64,000 bases of DNA, taken from Octopus sinensis (taxonomy: Eukaryota). Position 1 is the stretch's first letter. Each line of letters begins with the position of its first letter. The DNA is taken from positions 74,338,001-74,402,000 of the forward strand of contig NC_043000.1 of NCBI RefSeq assembly GCF_006345805.1, in the 5' to 3' direction. Positions 1-13,600 of this stretch are shown here, piece by piece. The notes beneath the pieces are model-generated. The model searched no databases. It saw only the letters and a list, made by a program, of their open reading frames with translations, and was not told the DNA's origin. The position numbers and the translations under genes were made by a program.

Positions 1-384
1 TAGTGATAATAACTAGATTTTGCAAATTTATAACATATATTCCTGTTCCATTATCAAAACTTATCAATAATAATAAAATAAAATAAGTAATAAGAAAAAG
101 CAACTGAACAAGATGCTGGTGAGGCTTAATGGCTAAACTCAGAGATGCATTTAAAATGTTAATACTACTGTTGAGATTGTCAATACATATGTAAATTAAG
201 AGAGTGATGTAATGATGTAAATCAATTAAAACTAATAAAAAAATAACTCAGTTATCACTACACAACTTCATCTCATTCTCAGTTAGCAAAAATGTGGGAA
301 AATTTACTATATATTACACACACACACTCTCTCTCTCTCTCTTTGAAGGACACCAACAATTTTTTATTTTATTTTAAAATCATT

Positions 385-606
385 GCAAGCATGACTGTGT
401 AGTAAGAAGCTTGCTTCCCAAACACATGGTTCAGGGTTCAATCTCATTATGTGACATCTTGGGCAAGTGTCTTTTACTATAGTGTTGGAGATGTCCGGTT
501 TACTTCCACTGCCTAGTATCTTAGGAAAATGTCTTTGAAGGTTCACCAAAGCTTTGTGGGTGGATTTGGTAGATGGAAATTGAAAGAAGCTTGTTGTGTG
601 TGTGTG
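385..606 (+). mobile_element. tRNA-derived SINE-like repeat (degenerate)
   Basis: Head 'tgtgtagtaagaagcttgcttcc...gggttcaatc...cttgggcaagtg' with A/B-box-like segments, ending in a (TG)n tail; a related copy lies at ~6950-7290. Confidence 0.5.
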
Positions 607-1345
607 TAATGCCATAGACTGAGCTGAACATCACCATAAAACATTTTGTGTAAATGACAAATGCTCAAAAGCATCAAAATTCTATATTGCTTGACTAGAT
701 TTAGTCAGCACTGGCAGATGGCACTACTGTGTCATGAGATTACACTGCAGTCATGAGCAGCAGAATGCCAAATGGAAAATTAGCTAATATATACACAGCC
801 TGCTAGCTTTTCACAACACTAGCTGTTGGCCAGTATTAGTCAATATAAGTTTAACTGATTTTCTGTCTGGTATTCAGTGCTCGAAATCACACGAAACAGA
901 TGTGTGTGCATGCATGTGTTTCTGCACCTCCTCATTTTGATATTGTGTAACACTTGTGAATAAGTGACACTGTCATACAAGTGGTATCATTTATTTCCAT
1001 TCTTCCATGAAGACATATCCAGTCATGGGAAAATATTACCTTGCTTAGAAACAAGTGAGGTTTGGTGACAGGAAGGACATCTGGCCAAAGAAAATTTGTC
1101 TCAATGAATTCTGTTTGATCTATACAAGTAAGCAAGTAGTTGCTAGAAATGATGCTTGTGCTAGTGGTGACAATGATGACATCCTCTCCTCCTTCTCCTC
1201 CTCAATTTCTCTCTTAGGGTACATACCACTTTTATATATTTTTCTTTATTTTAAATAATTGGAATTGAACCTGAAACTGTGTAGTTGCCAAACAATGTTC
1301 TTAGCTATACTGCTCCTTTTATGTCTAAATTTTTTTATTATTATT

Positions 1346-1938
1346 TAAAGTAATGACTTTTTGCCAACATAATGTGGCAGTCCCAGGATGGGACAAATGT
1401 TACTGTTTAGTCTCAGGAAACATCATTTTCAGCTGGTTTTACAACACAAAAAATTCTGTATCCTTATATTTTCAGCACAACTTTGTAACCCTGAACCAGT
1501 TTCTGGGCTATTGCCCTTTATCAGCTTGGTTGACTAGGTGTCACTACTGAACTGCTGTCGAAAATATATAGATTTCAAAGTGATACACAGTCACTGATCT
1601 ACAAAATAGAAATATTATTTCTAAATCTCTCAAAGAGAGATATACAGTAACAGCACCATAAAGTAATGACTTTTTGCCAACACAATGCAGCTATCCCAGG
1701 ATGGAATGAATGTTACTGTTATTTAGCCCCAGGAAACACCTCCACCCACCACAACCTCATATCCACAGACCGGTTTCTGGGTTTTGCCCTTTGTCAGCAT
1801 GAAGTAGCTTGGTTGGCTGGATGTCACTACTGAACTACTGTAAAAAAAAATAGAGAGATTTCAAAGTGATACACTGTTACTGATCTACACAATAGAAATA
1901 TTATTATTTCTAAATCTCTCACAGAAAGATATACAATA
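1346..1938 (-). repeat. Tandem ~313 bp duplication; each unit carries a degenerate hammerhead-like motif on the minus strand
   Basis: 'taaagtaatgactttttgccaac...tctaaatctctca' starts at 1346 and again at 1659. Minus strand reads ctgataa-a-gggc-aata-gccc-a-gaaac (1494-1525) and ctgacaa-a-gggcaaaaccc-a-gaaaccggtc (1768-1798). Confidence 0.75.
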
Positions 1939-4284
1939 AATTACAAAGCTTCACTCTTGAGTTCTTTTAGTCTAGCTCTTGCAGAGAGCTTGACTAAAAT
2001 TTTAGGCCAATAGCCCAAAATAAGAACGTGAAATTGAAGAACTTATAAAAAGTAAATTTTCCATAACATCAATAATTTTATGTTTGTATGAATAAAATTT
2101 ATCTTGTAAAATATTTACTCAATTTTCTGATCCAACAATTTTCAGTGATTTGTCTAGTTTAAAACTCCACTCTGTCATGTCACATCAAAACTTCACTGGA
2201 ACTTTTCTCATCTTTTTTAATTATGGCCTTTTTTTTTTTAGATATTAATATAATTTAACCTTCCTTCTGATTATGTTTTTGCTAACTTCCTATCTTGATA
2301 TTGATATGTACAACATTATTTTAGTGAAAATGAATATAATTTTTACCATTTGTTAAATCTAATTTAAATTATAAATACTGTCTGAATGGGAAATTAAATT
2401 AGCTCATGATCTAAAAACCTTTTCTTCTTAAAAAATGGACTCAATACAAGGAAATTGACTATCATTTGGTGTTCCATGAACTTCATCTGAATGGAAAAGA
2501 TTTGATCAATAATAAAATTGCTGTTCAGAGCATATGTAAAAATTAAAGTAATTCCTAAAACACTAATTATTCCACTGCTTATCTTCCAGTTTCTGAATAG
2601 GTTAAATATAATTCTCCAACCTATATCCAACTTATTTGCTCTCTATTTCTACTTCCGTTGGTACTCCTCTTAGTTTGCCGTTTACTGATTGTAAGAATTA
2701 AATGTTTCATAAGTCCAAATTTGCATTACAGGTTGATCCAAAGTAGCATAAAATCACAAACACAGGTCTGTGTGTGTATTTGTGTTTCCTTGTACTGACA
2801 TAGTATGATAGTTGTAAATGTTTTCATTGTCATAGAAACAGTGTCAGTCATTTTTAATATACTGTGAGAACATGTCTTGGCATAGGAAAATATTGTCTTG
2901 CTTGGAAACCGGTGAAGATTGGCAACAGAAAGGACATCCTACTATAAAAAATCTGTCTCAATAACCTCTGTCTATGCAAGCTTGGAAAATGAATGATAAA
3001 ATGATGATAGTGATATATGCATGTCACCGTAATCATTTAATATCTGCCTTCCATGCTGGCATGGGTTGTATGGTTTGACAGAAGCTGGCTAGGTAGAAGA
3101 CTGCGCCAGGCTTCGATGTCTTTTCTTGGCATGGTTTTTATAGCTGGATGTCCTTCCTAACAGCAGTAACTCCACAGAGTGGAGTGAGTACTTTTTATGT
3201 GGCACCAGCACAGGAGAGGTCAGTTTTGGTATGGTTTTTTTACAGCTTGATGCCCTTTCAAACAATTTACAGTGTAGATTGGGTGCTTTTTACATGGCAC
3301 CAGCACTGGTAGGGTCACCGAGTAACTTAAAAGACAAAGATCCTTTGAGAGGGGATGTGGTATTGGAGGTGATCTTGTGTTAGATGAAGACAGAAGCAGG
3401 TGTTATGCTGTAGAGGAAATACATGATTACCTGGTCAGAGAGAGAAAGAGAAAGGAGAGACCAAGATTGAGGCAAGTAACAGGTGTGTTGCTGTAGAGAA
3501 CATACATGGTTAACCAGTCCAAGAGATGGAGCAAATGGAAGAGAGCAGGAGAGAGATGGTGGCATGTTCACAAGAAACAGGGATCAGAATATAAATGGGA
3601 TGGTAGAGAAGAGCCAGGGGAAGGTATGTGGTGGCAAAGTAGGACATACTCTCAAGATACGGGGTCAGATTATAAATGGTATGGTATTGCCAAGGTGCAT
3701 GAGTAGGGAGTACAGACTTCACATGAATGCAAGGAGTGTGTGGGTGGGGTATGCAGTGACTAGTAAAACCTGGGTATATAGAGGGAGTGGGGGACAACAG
3801 GATAGCAGTGATACAGTGTGCAGGGCAGTGAGGACAAGATTGGGGAGTAAGAGATAAGCATAATGCATGAAAAGAGGAAGCGGAGAGATGTAGTTTGGTT
3901 TGTTGAAGTAGTGTATGGAAAAAATTTTATTGTTGTTACATTGGGGTGGAAATCACAGAGCATCTAGAACTCAGTGTCGCTGAAGTGGGCAGGTGTTTTC
4001 AAGAACTTCATATCGCCAGGCATCTTGGTCCACTGTCATCTCCTTCGTGAGGCCCAACACCCTGTGAGTGGTCCTCACATCATCCTATGTCTTCCTAGGT
4101 TCCCCTCTTCCACAGGTGCCATCCACTCTCAGTGATTGGCACTTCATTATACAGCTGTCATCATTCATTTGCATCACATGTCCAAACCAGCATAGTCTTC
4201 TTTCTTGCATGCTGCATACTATCATCATCATTTTGTGTGTGCATGAAATTGGCGGCCTCATGCTAAATTTTGAAACCAATATAG

Positions 4285-5180
4285 CATTATCATCATCATC
4301 GCTTAACGTCCATTTTTCATGCTGGCATAGGTTGGATGGTTTGACTGAGGTTTGGAGAGCCAGCGGCTGCACTAGGCTCCAATCGGATCTGGTAATGTTT
4401 CTACAACTGGATGCCAACCACTCTGAGAGTGTAATGGATGCTTTTTACATGCCACCGGTACAGGAACCAGTCAGGCAGGCCTGACATTGATCACGTTTGG
4501 ATAATGCTTTTTACATGCCACCAGCACAGGAGCCAGTCAGGGGACATTGGCCACAGCTATGATTTTGGTTTTACTTGACTCAACAGGTCTTCTCAAGCAT
4601 ATCATATCACCTGATGCATCAAGGGTACTCTTGAATGGGCTGGAAATGCAACACTGGCATTGACCATGGCTGCGATTTCACTTTACTTGCCAGGCCTTTG
4701 GTCTCCTGTCATTGCCTCTGTGAGGCCCAACATTCAAAGGTCATGCTTCACCACCTCATTCCATGTCTTCCTGGGTCTACACAGGTTCCTTCCACAATTA
4801 GAATGTGGCACTTTCTTACACGGCTGTCCTCATCCACACGTAACACATGACCATACCAGCACAGTTGTCTCTCTTGCACACCATATTTGATGCTTCTTTT
4901 GCCCAACTTTTCTCTCAGGGTGCTCACACTCTGTCGTGTATGCACACTGACATTAAACATCCAGTGGATCATACTACCTTCATTTCCTTCAAGCCTATGC
5001 ATGTCCTCAGCAGTCATGGCCCAGGTTTCACTGCTGTGTAGCATGACAGTTTGCACACATGCATCATGCAGTCTACCTTTTATCCTGAGCGAGAAGCCTT
5101 TAGTTGCCAGCAGAGGTAGGAGCTCTCTGAACTTTGCCCAGCCTATTCTTATTCTAGCTGCTACACTCTCAGAGCAACCA
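4285..5180 (-). mobile_element. RTE-clade LINE, 5'-truncated 3' fragment with (ATG)n tail
   Basis: ORF 4748-5212(-) has ARIRIGWAKFRELLPLL..KGRLHDACVQTVMLHSSETWA..RQLCWYGHV (RTE C-terminal domain); the UTR ends in catcatcatc and matches copies at 10.7 kb and 38.8 kb. Confidence 0.85.
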
Positions 5181-5219
5181 CACACACACACACATATGAT
5201 ACACACGCACATACATTGG

Positions 5220-5390
5220 TTTTAAATTTATGAAGAAGGCCAGCAATTTTGAAGGTTGGGGCAAGTTGATTACATTGACCCCAGTGCTCAGCTGGTACTT
5301 ATTTTATCAATCCTAAAAGGATGAAAGGCAAAGTCAACCTTAGAAGAATTTGGACTCATAACATAAAAATAGATAAAATGCTGTTAAGCA
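5220..5390 (-). mobile_element. SINE 3' part (same family as 32428-32540)
   Basis: Reverse complement of 'gactttgcctttcatcctttt...ataagtaccag...cactggggtc' matches the + strand copy at 32428. Confidence 0.55.
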
Positions 5391-5715
5391 TGGTTGTGCC
5401 ACCCTATATATGTATACATATTAGAATAGAAGCTGTGTGCTTAGGAATTTTAAGAGATTGGGAGGTCATGGTTTCCATTCCTGGACTGGCATTGTGTTGT
5501 AACCATGTTTATATTTGATGTGTTGTATCTCATGCAGCCATACTGGCAATGTTGCTTTGATGAAGAGAGTGGTCTAATCTACAGCACAGATATTTGATCA
5601 TTATAAATGAATCTATGGGTAGGACTATCATCTGTTGTCTACAGTAGGAGAGTCCACAATGCATGAATATATATTCCTATATCATATATGTATAACAATA
5701 TCATTTATATGCCAT

Positions 5716-5717
5716 AC

Positions 5718-5778
<61 letters not shown>

Positions 5779-5812
5779 CATACATATACACACACACATA
5801 CATACATACATA
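5716..5812. repeat. (TA)n/(CA)n/(TACA)n microsatellite
   Basis: Directly visible dinucleotide and tetranucleotide run. Confidence 0.95.
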
Positions 5813-5974
5813 CAAAATCTGTAAAACATTCTATAAGTTTATCATTTAAGCATATATGAGCATGTCTAGATATGCAAGTATATATGCACGTATACATACA
5901 TACAAAAGTACCCAGTTGATGTTGAAATAAAATTGAATAAAGACTGGCATACATACATATGCATATATGAGCAG

Positions 5975-6930
5975 AAAACCATGCATGGATATGTTAGTAG
6001 AAAGTTTAGAGATGATAGTAACATTGATAATCAGAGTAGTCTATCATGGACCAACAACTGGATTACTACCTCCCACTTTGAAGGGTATGCGTTTGCAATC
6101 CAGGAACAGGAAATATCAACCAAATACCTGATGCACAAAAGGGACAGAGATGCAGGAAAAGCTGTAAAATGGGATAACTGATGCAGACTTAGTGGAGTTA
6201 ACACTGAAGATATCACCCACATCATAAGCAGTTGTCTGAAAGTGTTATCCTGGTATCATCTACTGATGAGACATAATGTTGTAGCTAGGAAAAATGTAAT
6301 GAAATCTGTCGGAAGGACAAAAGAACCCACAGTATGATAGAAACCATAGCTACTCATAATAAAAAGGAGTACTGGCAGAATGTTCCAGTGAAAACCTCAA
6401 TGTGAACACTATAGATACTGATTTCGGATAGAGAAGAGAAACTGAGTACAATTGTGGAAATCAGCTGTCCTGTGAATATCAAAGCTGAAGATCACTGAAA
6501 AAAAGAGTACCTATGCTGAACTATTGAGAAATCTACAGTTATTCTTTCCAGATTACAAGTTCAGGTAATTTTGGCACTGGAATATGTAACACAACTGCTT
6601 AACTACTAATCTTGTGAAATTAGGCTTCTCAAAATCAGAAAGGTGAAAGCTGATTTGAAGACTACAGATCCAATCCATCACTGGAACTGTAAAAAACCTG
6701 TAAAACTTTCCAGAAGTTTATCATTTAAGTATGTATGTGCATGCAACTATAGGCATGAGAATACATACATAAAACAAAACATACAATATGCATGTATATA
6801 CACATACAAAAATACCTTATTGCTGATGTTGAAATTCTAATGAAGGAGCCTTGGATCTAGGTTAGAAACTGGCTCTTTCTCTATTGGTTAGAAATCTTGA
6901 AATAAAACTGAATAATGACATACATACATA
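5975..6930 (+). mobile_element. Restriction-like-endonuclease non-LTR retrotransposon (Dong/R4-like), 3' fragment, decayed
   Basis: Translated pieces MHG..HFEGYAFAIQEQEISTKYL, CRL.G...EDITHIISSC..L....RHNVVA (CCHC finger region), ..IVEISCP..EKKSTYAEL (RLE); ends in (CATA)n. Confidence 0.7.
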
Positions 6931-7300
6931 TATACATCCATCCATGCATGTGTGTGTGTGGTTAAGCTTGCTTTGCAACCACATGGTTGAACATCACTTT
7001 GTGTAATTATCTTCTACCACAGCCTTGGGCTAATTGATGCTGTGTGAGTGAATTTGGTTGACAAATTGTGTGGAACCTTGTTATGCAATAGGTATAAGTT
7101 TGTTCCTCACTCCCTCAACATATTTGATGATTTTTTAACATTTCTGTGACTTTGTGGTTTGGTAAAAAGAGGCCAATAGAATAAAATACCAAACTTTAAA
7201 ACTTACTAGCTAGAGGTGTTTGTCTGAACTCCTCAGGGCAGTGCCCCAGCCTGGCTGCAGCAGTATGACTGAAACAAGAAAAAGTAATATGTATATATAG

Positions 7301-7335
<35 letters not shown>

Positions 7336-7479
7336 TAAGTTTCTTTATTGGCCACACAGGGCTGCACACAGATTGGACAAATTACAAGGTAGAGCTTTTC
7401 TTTTGGGGGATGAAAAAAACAAAAAAAAAGGCGTAGGTTTTCGATCAAAAGGGATCGTAAAAGGGGGGGGCAATCAATA

Positions 7480-8358
7480 GGGATCGTGTATCACAGTGTC
7501 ATGATGTACGGTGTAAAGGGGGAAGCAGATAAGGTTTATCTGTGGGAAGAAAAGCCTACGAAAAAGACCACGGCAACCTCAGTCAATATTGTTATATGTT
7601 ACCACATTTGTTTGCAAGTGGGTAACCCTCTGTTTTCAATTTCTGGGTTCATAGGATTATGCTCAAGGTGGCTTCGTCATTCATACATGCCATTCTTGCT
7701 ACATTCACCCATCTTTTTTTAAAACATTCGCTAGACAAAACTTGCCTCTCTACTCTCACTTTCCTTTTCAAGTGGTACTTGAAGAAGTTGATGAGAGATT
7801 GACCAGAGAGGAAAGTGTTTGTCTCCAATCCTTTCAGACGCGTCCACCAGATACATTCTTTCGCCATAGCCACAAGGATGATGAAAATAGCTCTTCCTTC
7901 CCGTTTGAAGGAAGGAGGCGTGACAATATTGACGATAGACTCAGCTGATAAACCGACTCATCCCACACGTGACAGCAGTTGTTCGACATAAGCCCACAGG
8001 TCGGAAATTGTTGGACACTGCACGAGTGCGTGCAGAACGGTTTCGGCGCTCTGACCGCATCTCGGGCAGGTCGGCCCCGTGTCTGTAGAGCTTATCCCGA
8101 ACGGGTAGCACTTCTCGGTAGCACTGCCAGGCCAGGGATCTCTGGAAGTTGTCCATGGGCCCTGGCCCGAAAGTCGTCCCGAACAGGCGGGTCAGGTATT
8201 CCTCGTCGATGTCCAGGTTCGCCCCAAGATCATCGTCGTACCTCCCCTCCACTGATCCCCTATAGAATGCTTTGGTTGTGATAGAGTCACTCAAGGTCGA
8301 CCCGGGACGGCAGAGTTGCTTGAGAGCAACACGACACTCGCGGTGCCATTCGCCCTTT
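7480..8358 (-). mobile_element. L1/Tx1-like LINE 3' fragment
   Basis: ORF 7941-8384(-) NFQRSLAWQCYREVLPVRDKLYRHG (zf-RVT-like), then AMAKECIWWTRLKG...FFKYHLK; GC-richer than its flanks. Confidence 0.65.
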
Positions 8359-8441
8359 AGATAGATAAATAGACAGACAGACACTGCTGTACCATGTAGA
8401 AAATTTATATTGATAATTTTGACCTATGAGGAATATGTTAA

Positions 8442-8649
8442 CCCTTTAGCATTCAAACCACCATGTCCTGCCTAAATATTCTGTGTGTTTTATGTTCAAA
8501 CCAATCAGATGCAGCCTCTCACACCTATCCTGCAATGTCCTAAAATTAAGCAATTACATCATGAAAATCTCAAAGCTAGAAGATAATGCATGTTTAATTC
8601 AAAACAATATGAACATTACATTTGATAAAATAATCTGAATGCTAAAGGG
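8442..8649. mobile_element. piggyBac-like MITE (208 bp)
   Basis: TTAA|CCCTTTAGCATTCA ... TGAATGCTAAAGGG|TTAA: 14 bp perfect TIRs flanked by TTAA target duplications. Confidence 0.85.
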
Positions 8650-8798
8650 TTAATCAGATATGACTGTCATCAAACATAAATGTCTTTTATTAAATGAAAC
8701 TTCACTTTTTTTTTGTCAGAGGAATGAAATTTCTTCAATATAAGGAAATAAAATATTATTTAACTGATGTTTGTTCTTTTAATTTGTTTTTATTACAG

Positions 8799-8942
8799 AT
8801 TTTGAATTCTTCAAGGTTACACATGTCAAATCTTCTATCAACAATCTATGAATTTTCTACTCACAGAGGAACAATGTTAAGTTGCTTCTTTCAGACTATT
8901 TTAACTGCAATTCTTTCAGAACTTTCTTTTGCTAGTGAGCAG
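8799..8942 (+). CDS. NCAPG2: Internal exon A of a spliced gene, probably condensin-2 complex subunit G2 (C-terminal region)
   Basis: Pyrimidine tract+CAG acceptor, GT donor, 144 nt phase 0/0: ILNSSRLHMSNLLSTIYEFSTHRGTMLSCFFQTILTAILSELSFASEQ. Exon structure is strong; the gene name rests on remembered similarity to vertebrate NCAPG2 (VLSTLIAGPVVEISH). Confidence 0.7.
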
Positions 8943-9585
8943 GTATTGTAATGTTCTTGTGTAGTTTGAATTTTATTTATTTTTTAATATTATTTCAAGA
9001 ATGTTGTTGTAGTCTTGTATAGTTAAGATGTTTTTAAAAATATATATGCAATTATGGAACATAAAGTCAAACATTTCTACAGTTTGCCCTTGAATTTGTT
9101 TTAAATTTGAAGCTCTTTAATAATGTAGTTACTTTGCCAAATAAGATTATTTATGCATAATGTTGAACAATGAAAGTAGATAGAAACTGAAATTCTATGT
9201 ATACAGCTCCAATCACTCCATTTTACTGTTTCACATAGTCTCATTTGTGAAAACTTTGAAAAAGTAACATTTGCATTTAATATTTGTTTAATTTAAAGTA
9301 TTAAGTTTTAGAACCAAATGTATTTCATATATGTTCAGAAAGAGTTATATGTTTATTAGACACATATTATGAAGAGGCTTAGATTTTTATATTGTATAAG
9401 CACTAAATTATATTTTTAATGGCTTAAATATTTTTATCTAGCAACCAGAATAAAATTAAATGGAATTTATGCAATATTGATGATTCATATTGTATTTTAC
9501 AGACTAATTCATTTTTGAATCACTCAGTTATATAGTCAAAATTGTGCTAATCCCTTTACTAATCAATTTTTATTGTTATCTGCAG

Positions 9586-9680
9586 AATGACATCAATGAA
9601 GTGCCTTCAAATTTCCAGAATATAAAGCTTGTATCACTATGGCTACTGAATATTATTTTTAAAAAACCGTTTTTAATAAG
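9586..9680 (+). CDS. NCAPG2: Exon B of the same gene
   Basis: tgcag acceptor, ag|gt donor, 95 nt phase 0/2: NDINEVPSNFQNIKLVSLWLLNIIFKKPFLIR; continues the frame from exon A; resembles NCAPG2 PEHLSDLPPFSRCLIGIIIKSSNVVR as remembered. Confidence 0.72.
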
Positions 9681-10675
9681 GTCTGTCTCTTGTACCCTTT
9701 ATGATACTGCAAAGTGTTGTTAGTTATTTTTTGTTTTGTGTGTGTGGATGATAAATCTTGAATTGAAAAAAACTAAAAATCTATAGATACAGAATACATT
9801 AAAAAAAGGGGAAATCTACCACAAAATACTCGAATAAACTGTTATGCCCTATATTATTTTTGATTGGCATTTGTAGAATAATTTCATAAAATAATATTTA
9901 CTATAATGAGACATTTCTTCCCATAGTTCCAACCATGCCAACTTGTTTGTTTGCCATGTTGAGGGCTAAAGCTTCACAAAGCTCACTGGACTTCTCTCCC
10001 AAGCTATACAGGTGATGATTTGTTACTACCACTTCACTTATCAGTGAACAGCTCATATTCATCACATTTGTCAACTCCTATTGTGCATTAGATTTTACAT
10101 CCCCCATTGACACAACTTCTTGAACATCTCTATTTCTATTGATTAACCCAGCCTCTCTACCTCTGTCTTTTACAAACTCCCTGATTCCCACTCCAACTTT
10201 GCTGTCACTTCTTCCTACTTGACTCACATCAAATATGTTATTTTTTACTTGCAATCCCTTCACCCCTGCCACCTGTATGGTTATGACTGCACCAAATGAT
10301 CTGTTACCTCACAACATAGTTATCCCCAACCTGCTGTTGACATCAGTTTCCATGCATTACTGACCATACTTCTACCTTCATGTCTCATAACAACCTTCCC
10401 TTCCCCTCACCTTCATCTTAACACCTTATCTTTACGGCACATCATCCTCCAGTACATCTGTCTTTTTTCAATCTGACTCTACCACTTCCCACTTCTCTGA
10501 AGTTCCTTTCTTAAAATACAACTGTAGTCTGTGTAACTTTTTGGTTAGATCCAACCTGAATTTTTTTTTTCCTGCTTTTGCTACAGGGTCCATCCCTTCA
10601 TTTAAAGCAGTGGTTCTTAACTGTTTTTTGCCTATGGATTCCTTTGATTCCTATTTTACTCTACTTGATCCCCAT

Positions 10676-13600
10676 CGTCATCATCATTGTTGTTCAACGT
10701 CCACGTTCCATGCTGGATTGGGTTTGACGGTTTGACTGAGGACTGGCAACTCAGAAGGCTGTATCAGGCTCCAATCTGATCAGGCAGTTTTCTACAGCTG
10801 GATGCCCTTCCTAATGCCAACCTCTCCAGAGTGTAGTGGGTGCTTTTATGTGCCACTGGCACAAGGACCAGTCAGGCAGTACTGGCATTCACCATGCTTG
10901 AATGATGCTTTTTACATGCCATTGGCACAGAAGCCAGTCAGACAGCACTACCAACAACAATGCTTGAATGTTGCTTTTTATGTGCCACCGGCACAGGACC
11001 AGTCTGGCAGCACTGGCATTGACCACGCTCAAATAGGGCTTTTTATGTACCACCAGCATGGGTGCCAGTCAGGTGTTACTGGCATCAGCCACAACAATGA
11101 CTTCACTTGACTCAACAGGTCTTCGCAAGCACAGTTTATTGCCTAATAATTGAAGGACGCTCTTAAATGGGCCAGTTATGCTGCATTGGCATAGGCCATG
11201 GTTACAGTCTCACTTGGCTTGCCGGGTCTTCTCAAGCACAGCATATCTCCAAATGTCTTCATCACTTGTCATCGCCTCTGTGAGGCCCAACATTCAATGG
11301 TCATACTTCACAGGTCTTTCTGGGTCTACCTCTTCCACAGGTTCCCTCTACTGCTAGGGTGTGACACTTTTTCACACAGCTGTCCTCATCCATATCAGTG
11401 CAGTCGTCTCTCACACCACATCTGATGCTTCTGATGTCCAACTTTTCTCACAGGGTGCTTACACTCTGTCATGTATGCACACTGACGTTACACATCCAGT
11501 GGAGCATGCAAGCTTACGCATGTCCTCAGCACTCATGGCCCATGTTTCACTGTTATGTAGCTGTTCACCACACATGCGTCATACAGTCTACCTTTTACTC
11601 TGAGTGAGAGGCCCTTTGTCACCAGCAGAGGTAGGAGCTCTCTGAACTTTGCCCAGGCTATTCTTATTCTAGCAGCCACAATCTCAAAACATCCACCCCT
11701 GCTACTGACTTGGTCACCTAGGTAATGGAAGCTATCAACTACTTCTAGTTTTTCCCTCTGGCATGTAACGGAAGCTGTTTTCTGCATATTTTCAGTGTTT
11801 ATTGCCCCTGAGCATTTGCCACACACAAAAACTATCTTCCCAGTTAGCCTTCCTTTGATATTGCTGCACCTCTTATGTATCCATAGCTTACACTGGGTAC
11901 ATCTTATAGAGTTTCTCCCTACGCCTTTTCTACAGGTCAAGCAGGGCCATCTACCTGAAGGGATTTGTGATTTGTCTGCCTTCCTACTTATTAAGATATT
12001 GGTTTTTGCTAGATTGACTCCAAGGCCCTTCAATTCTAGACCTTGTTTCCACACCTGAAACTTCTCCTTTAGTTCTGATAGTGACTCAGCTGTTAGAGCA
12101 TGGTCATCAGCATAGAGAAGCTCCCAGGAGTATTCTGTCTTGAATTCTTCTGTAATTGCCTGGAAGACTATGATGAATAAGAGGGGTCGGAGGACTGATC
12201 CTTGGTGGATCCCTACCCCTACCCAGAATTCTTCACTCATTGTCAACCCTCACCTTCATGGCTTGTACAGCTCTCACTATCCACTCATCTATCCCTCGTT
12301 TCCGCATTGACCACCAGATAAGGGATTGGGGACCCTGACAAAGGCTTTCTCTATGTCAACAAAGGCCAACCAAGTAAAGAGGTTTATCTTTGGCTGGGTA
12401 TTTCTCCTGCAGCTGTCTTACTAGAAATATAGCATCAGTGGTACTTTTCCCTGGCACAAACCCAAACTGCATCTCACTTAAACTACCTCTCTCCCTAATT
12501 AGTTGGACTTAGACCCTCTCTCTGAATTTCATTACCTAATCCAACAACTTGATACCTCTGTAATTATTCATATCTAATGCATCACCTTTACCTTTGTAGC
12601 AGTTAACTATGGTGCTGCTACAGAAGTCATTGTGTATGACTCCTTCATGTATCACCTGATTGACTATATGGGTAACTGGACTATAGCTGACACCGCCAGA
12701 TATTTCAAGCATCTCTGTGGTTATATGGGTAACTAGACTATAGCCGACACCGTCAGATATTTTAAGCATCTCTGTAGTTATATGGGTAACTAGACTATCG
12801 CTGACACCGCCAGATATTTTAAGCCTCCCTGCAGTGATTCCTGATGGACTGGGGGTTTCCCTGTCTTCATACCCTTAATTGCTTTATCCACCAAGGTACT
12901 GTTAATTTGGATAGCTGATCTCTTAGTTGAGTCCGCATTTGGCAGGCTCTCTTTCTCCCATTCATTCTCTTCATTTAGCAACCTTTCACAGTGGCATCTC
13001 CAAGTCTCTTTCTTTGCAGCCTCATTAAATGCAAGTGAGCCATCATCCATGCAGACACATTTCTCTCTTATGACATCACAATTCTCTCTGACACACTGTC
13101 TTGCAACATGAAACACTTCAAGCCTTTGGTTCTCATGATGCAGAACATTGGCAAATATTTTCCCTCTGCCTAAGTAAACCTTTCTCCTAGCTTCCCTTCT
13201 GGCAATCTGATACAATTTCCTGCTACCACCATTCTTTCAGTCCTTCCATGCCTGTTTCTTTTCCTTAATGGCCCTGTCAACTACATTGTTCCACCACCAC
13301 ATCACCTTGGGTCAAGAGGGGACTTTGTACCATCCACAGATCTGGTCAGGAGCTCTCAACAGGTTGTCCTGTAAGAACCTCTAGTTGTCTTCCATATTAT
13401 GTGATGCTATATCCTCCACTTTTTCATCAAAAGCTTCGAGTAATACGTCTCTAAATCTCTGTCCATTCACAGGATCCTTGAGTTTCCTGAACCTTCTTTT
13501 TCATGCTGGTCGTCTTCTGGGCATCCATTTAGCCCTGATCCTGAAGTTGCTAACTATTAATCTATGTTGCAGGGTGCATTATTCACCTAGGAAGGTTTTG

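Noticed and set aside
3380-3963. Overlapping ORFs of 63-124 aa
   Set aside because: Purine/pyrimidine-skewed low-complexity repeat sequence similar to the reverse of 9960-10500; no protein signature.
6836-6880. Hammerhead-like ctaatga..gaaac in the Dong/R4-like 3' UTR
   Set aside because: Core is mutated and stems I and III do not pair convincingly.
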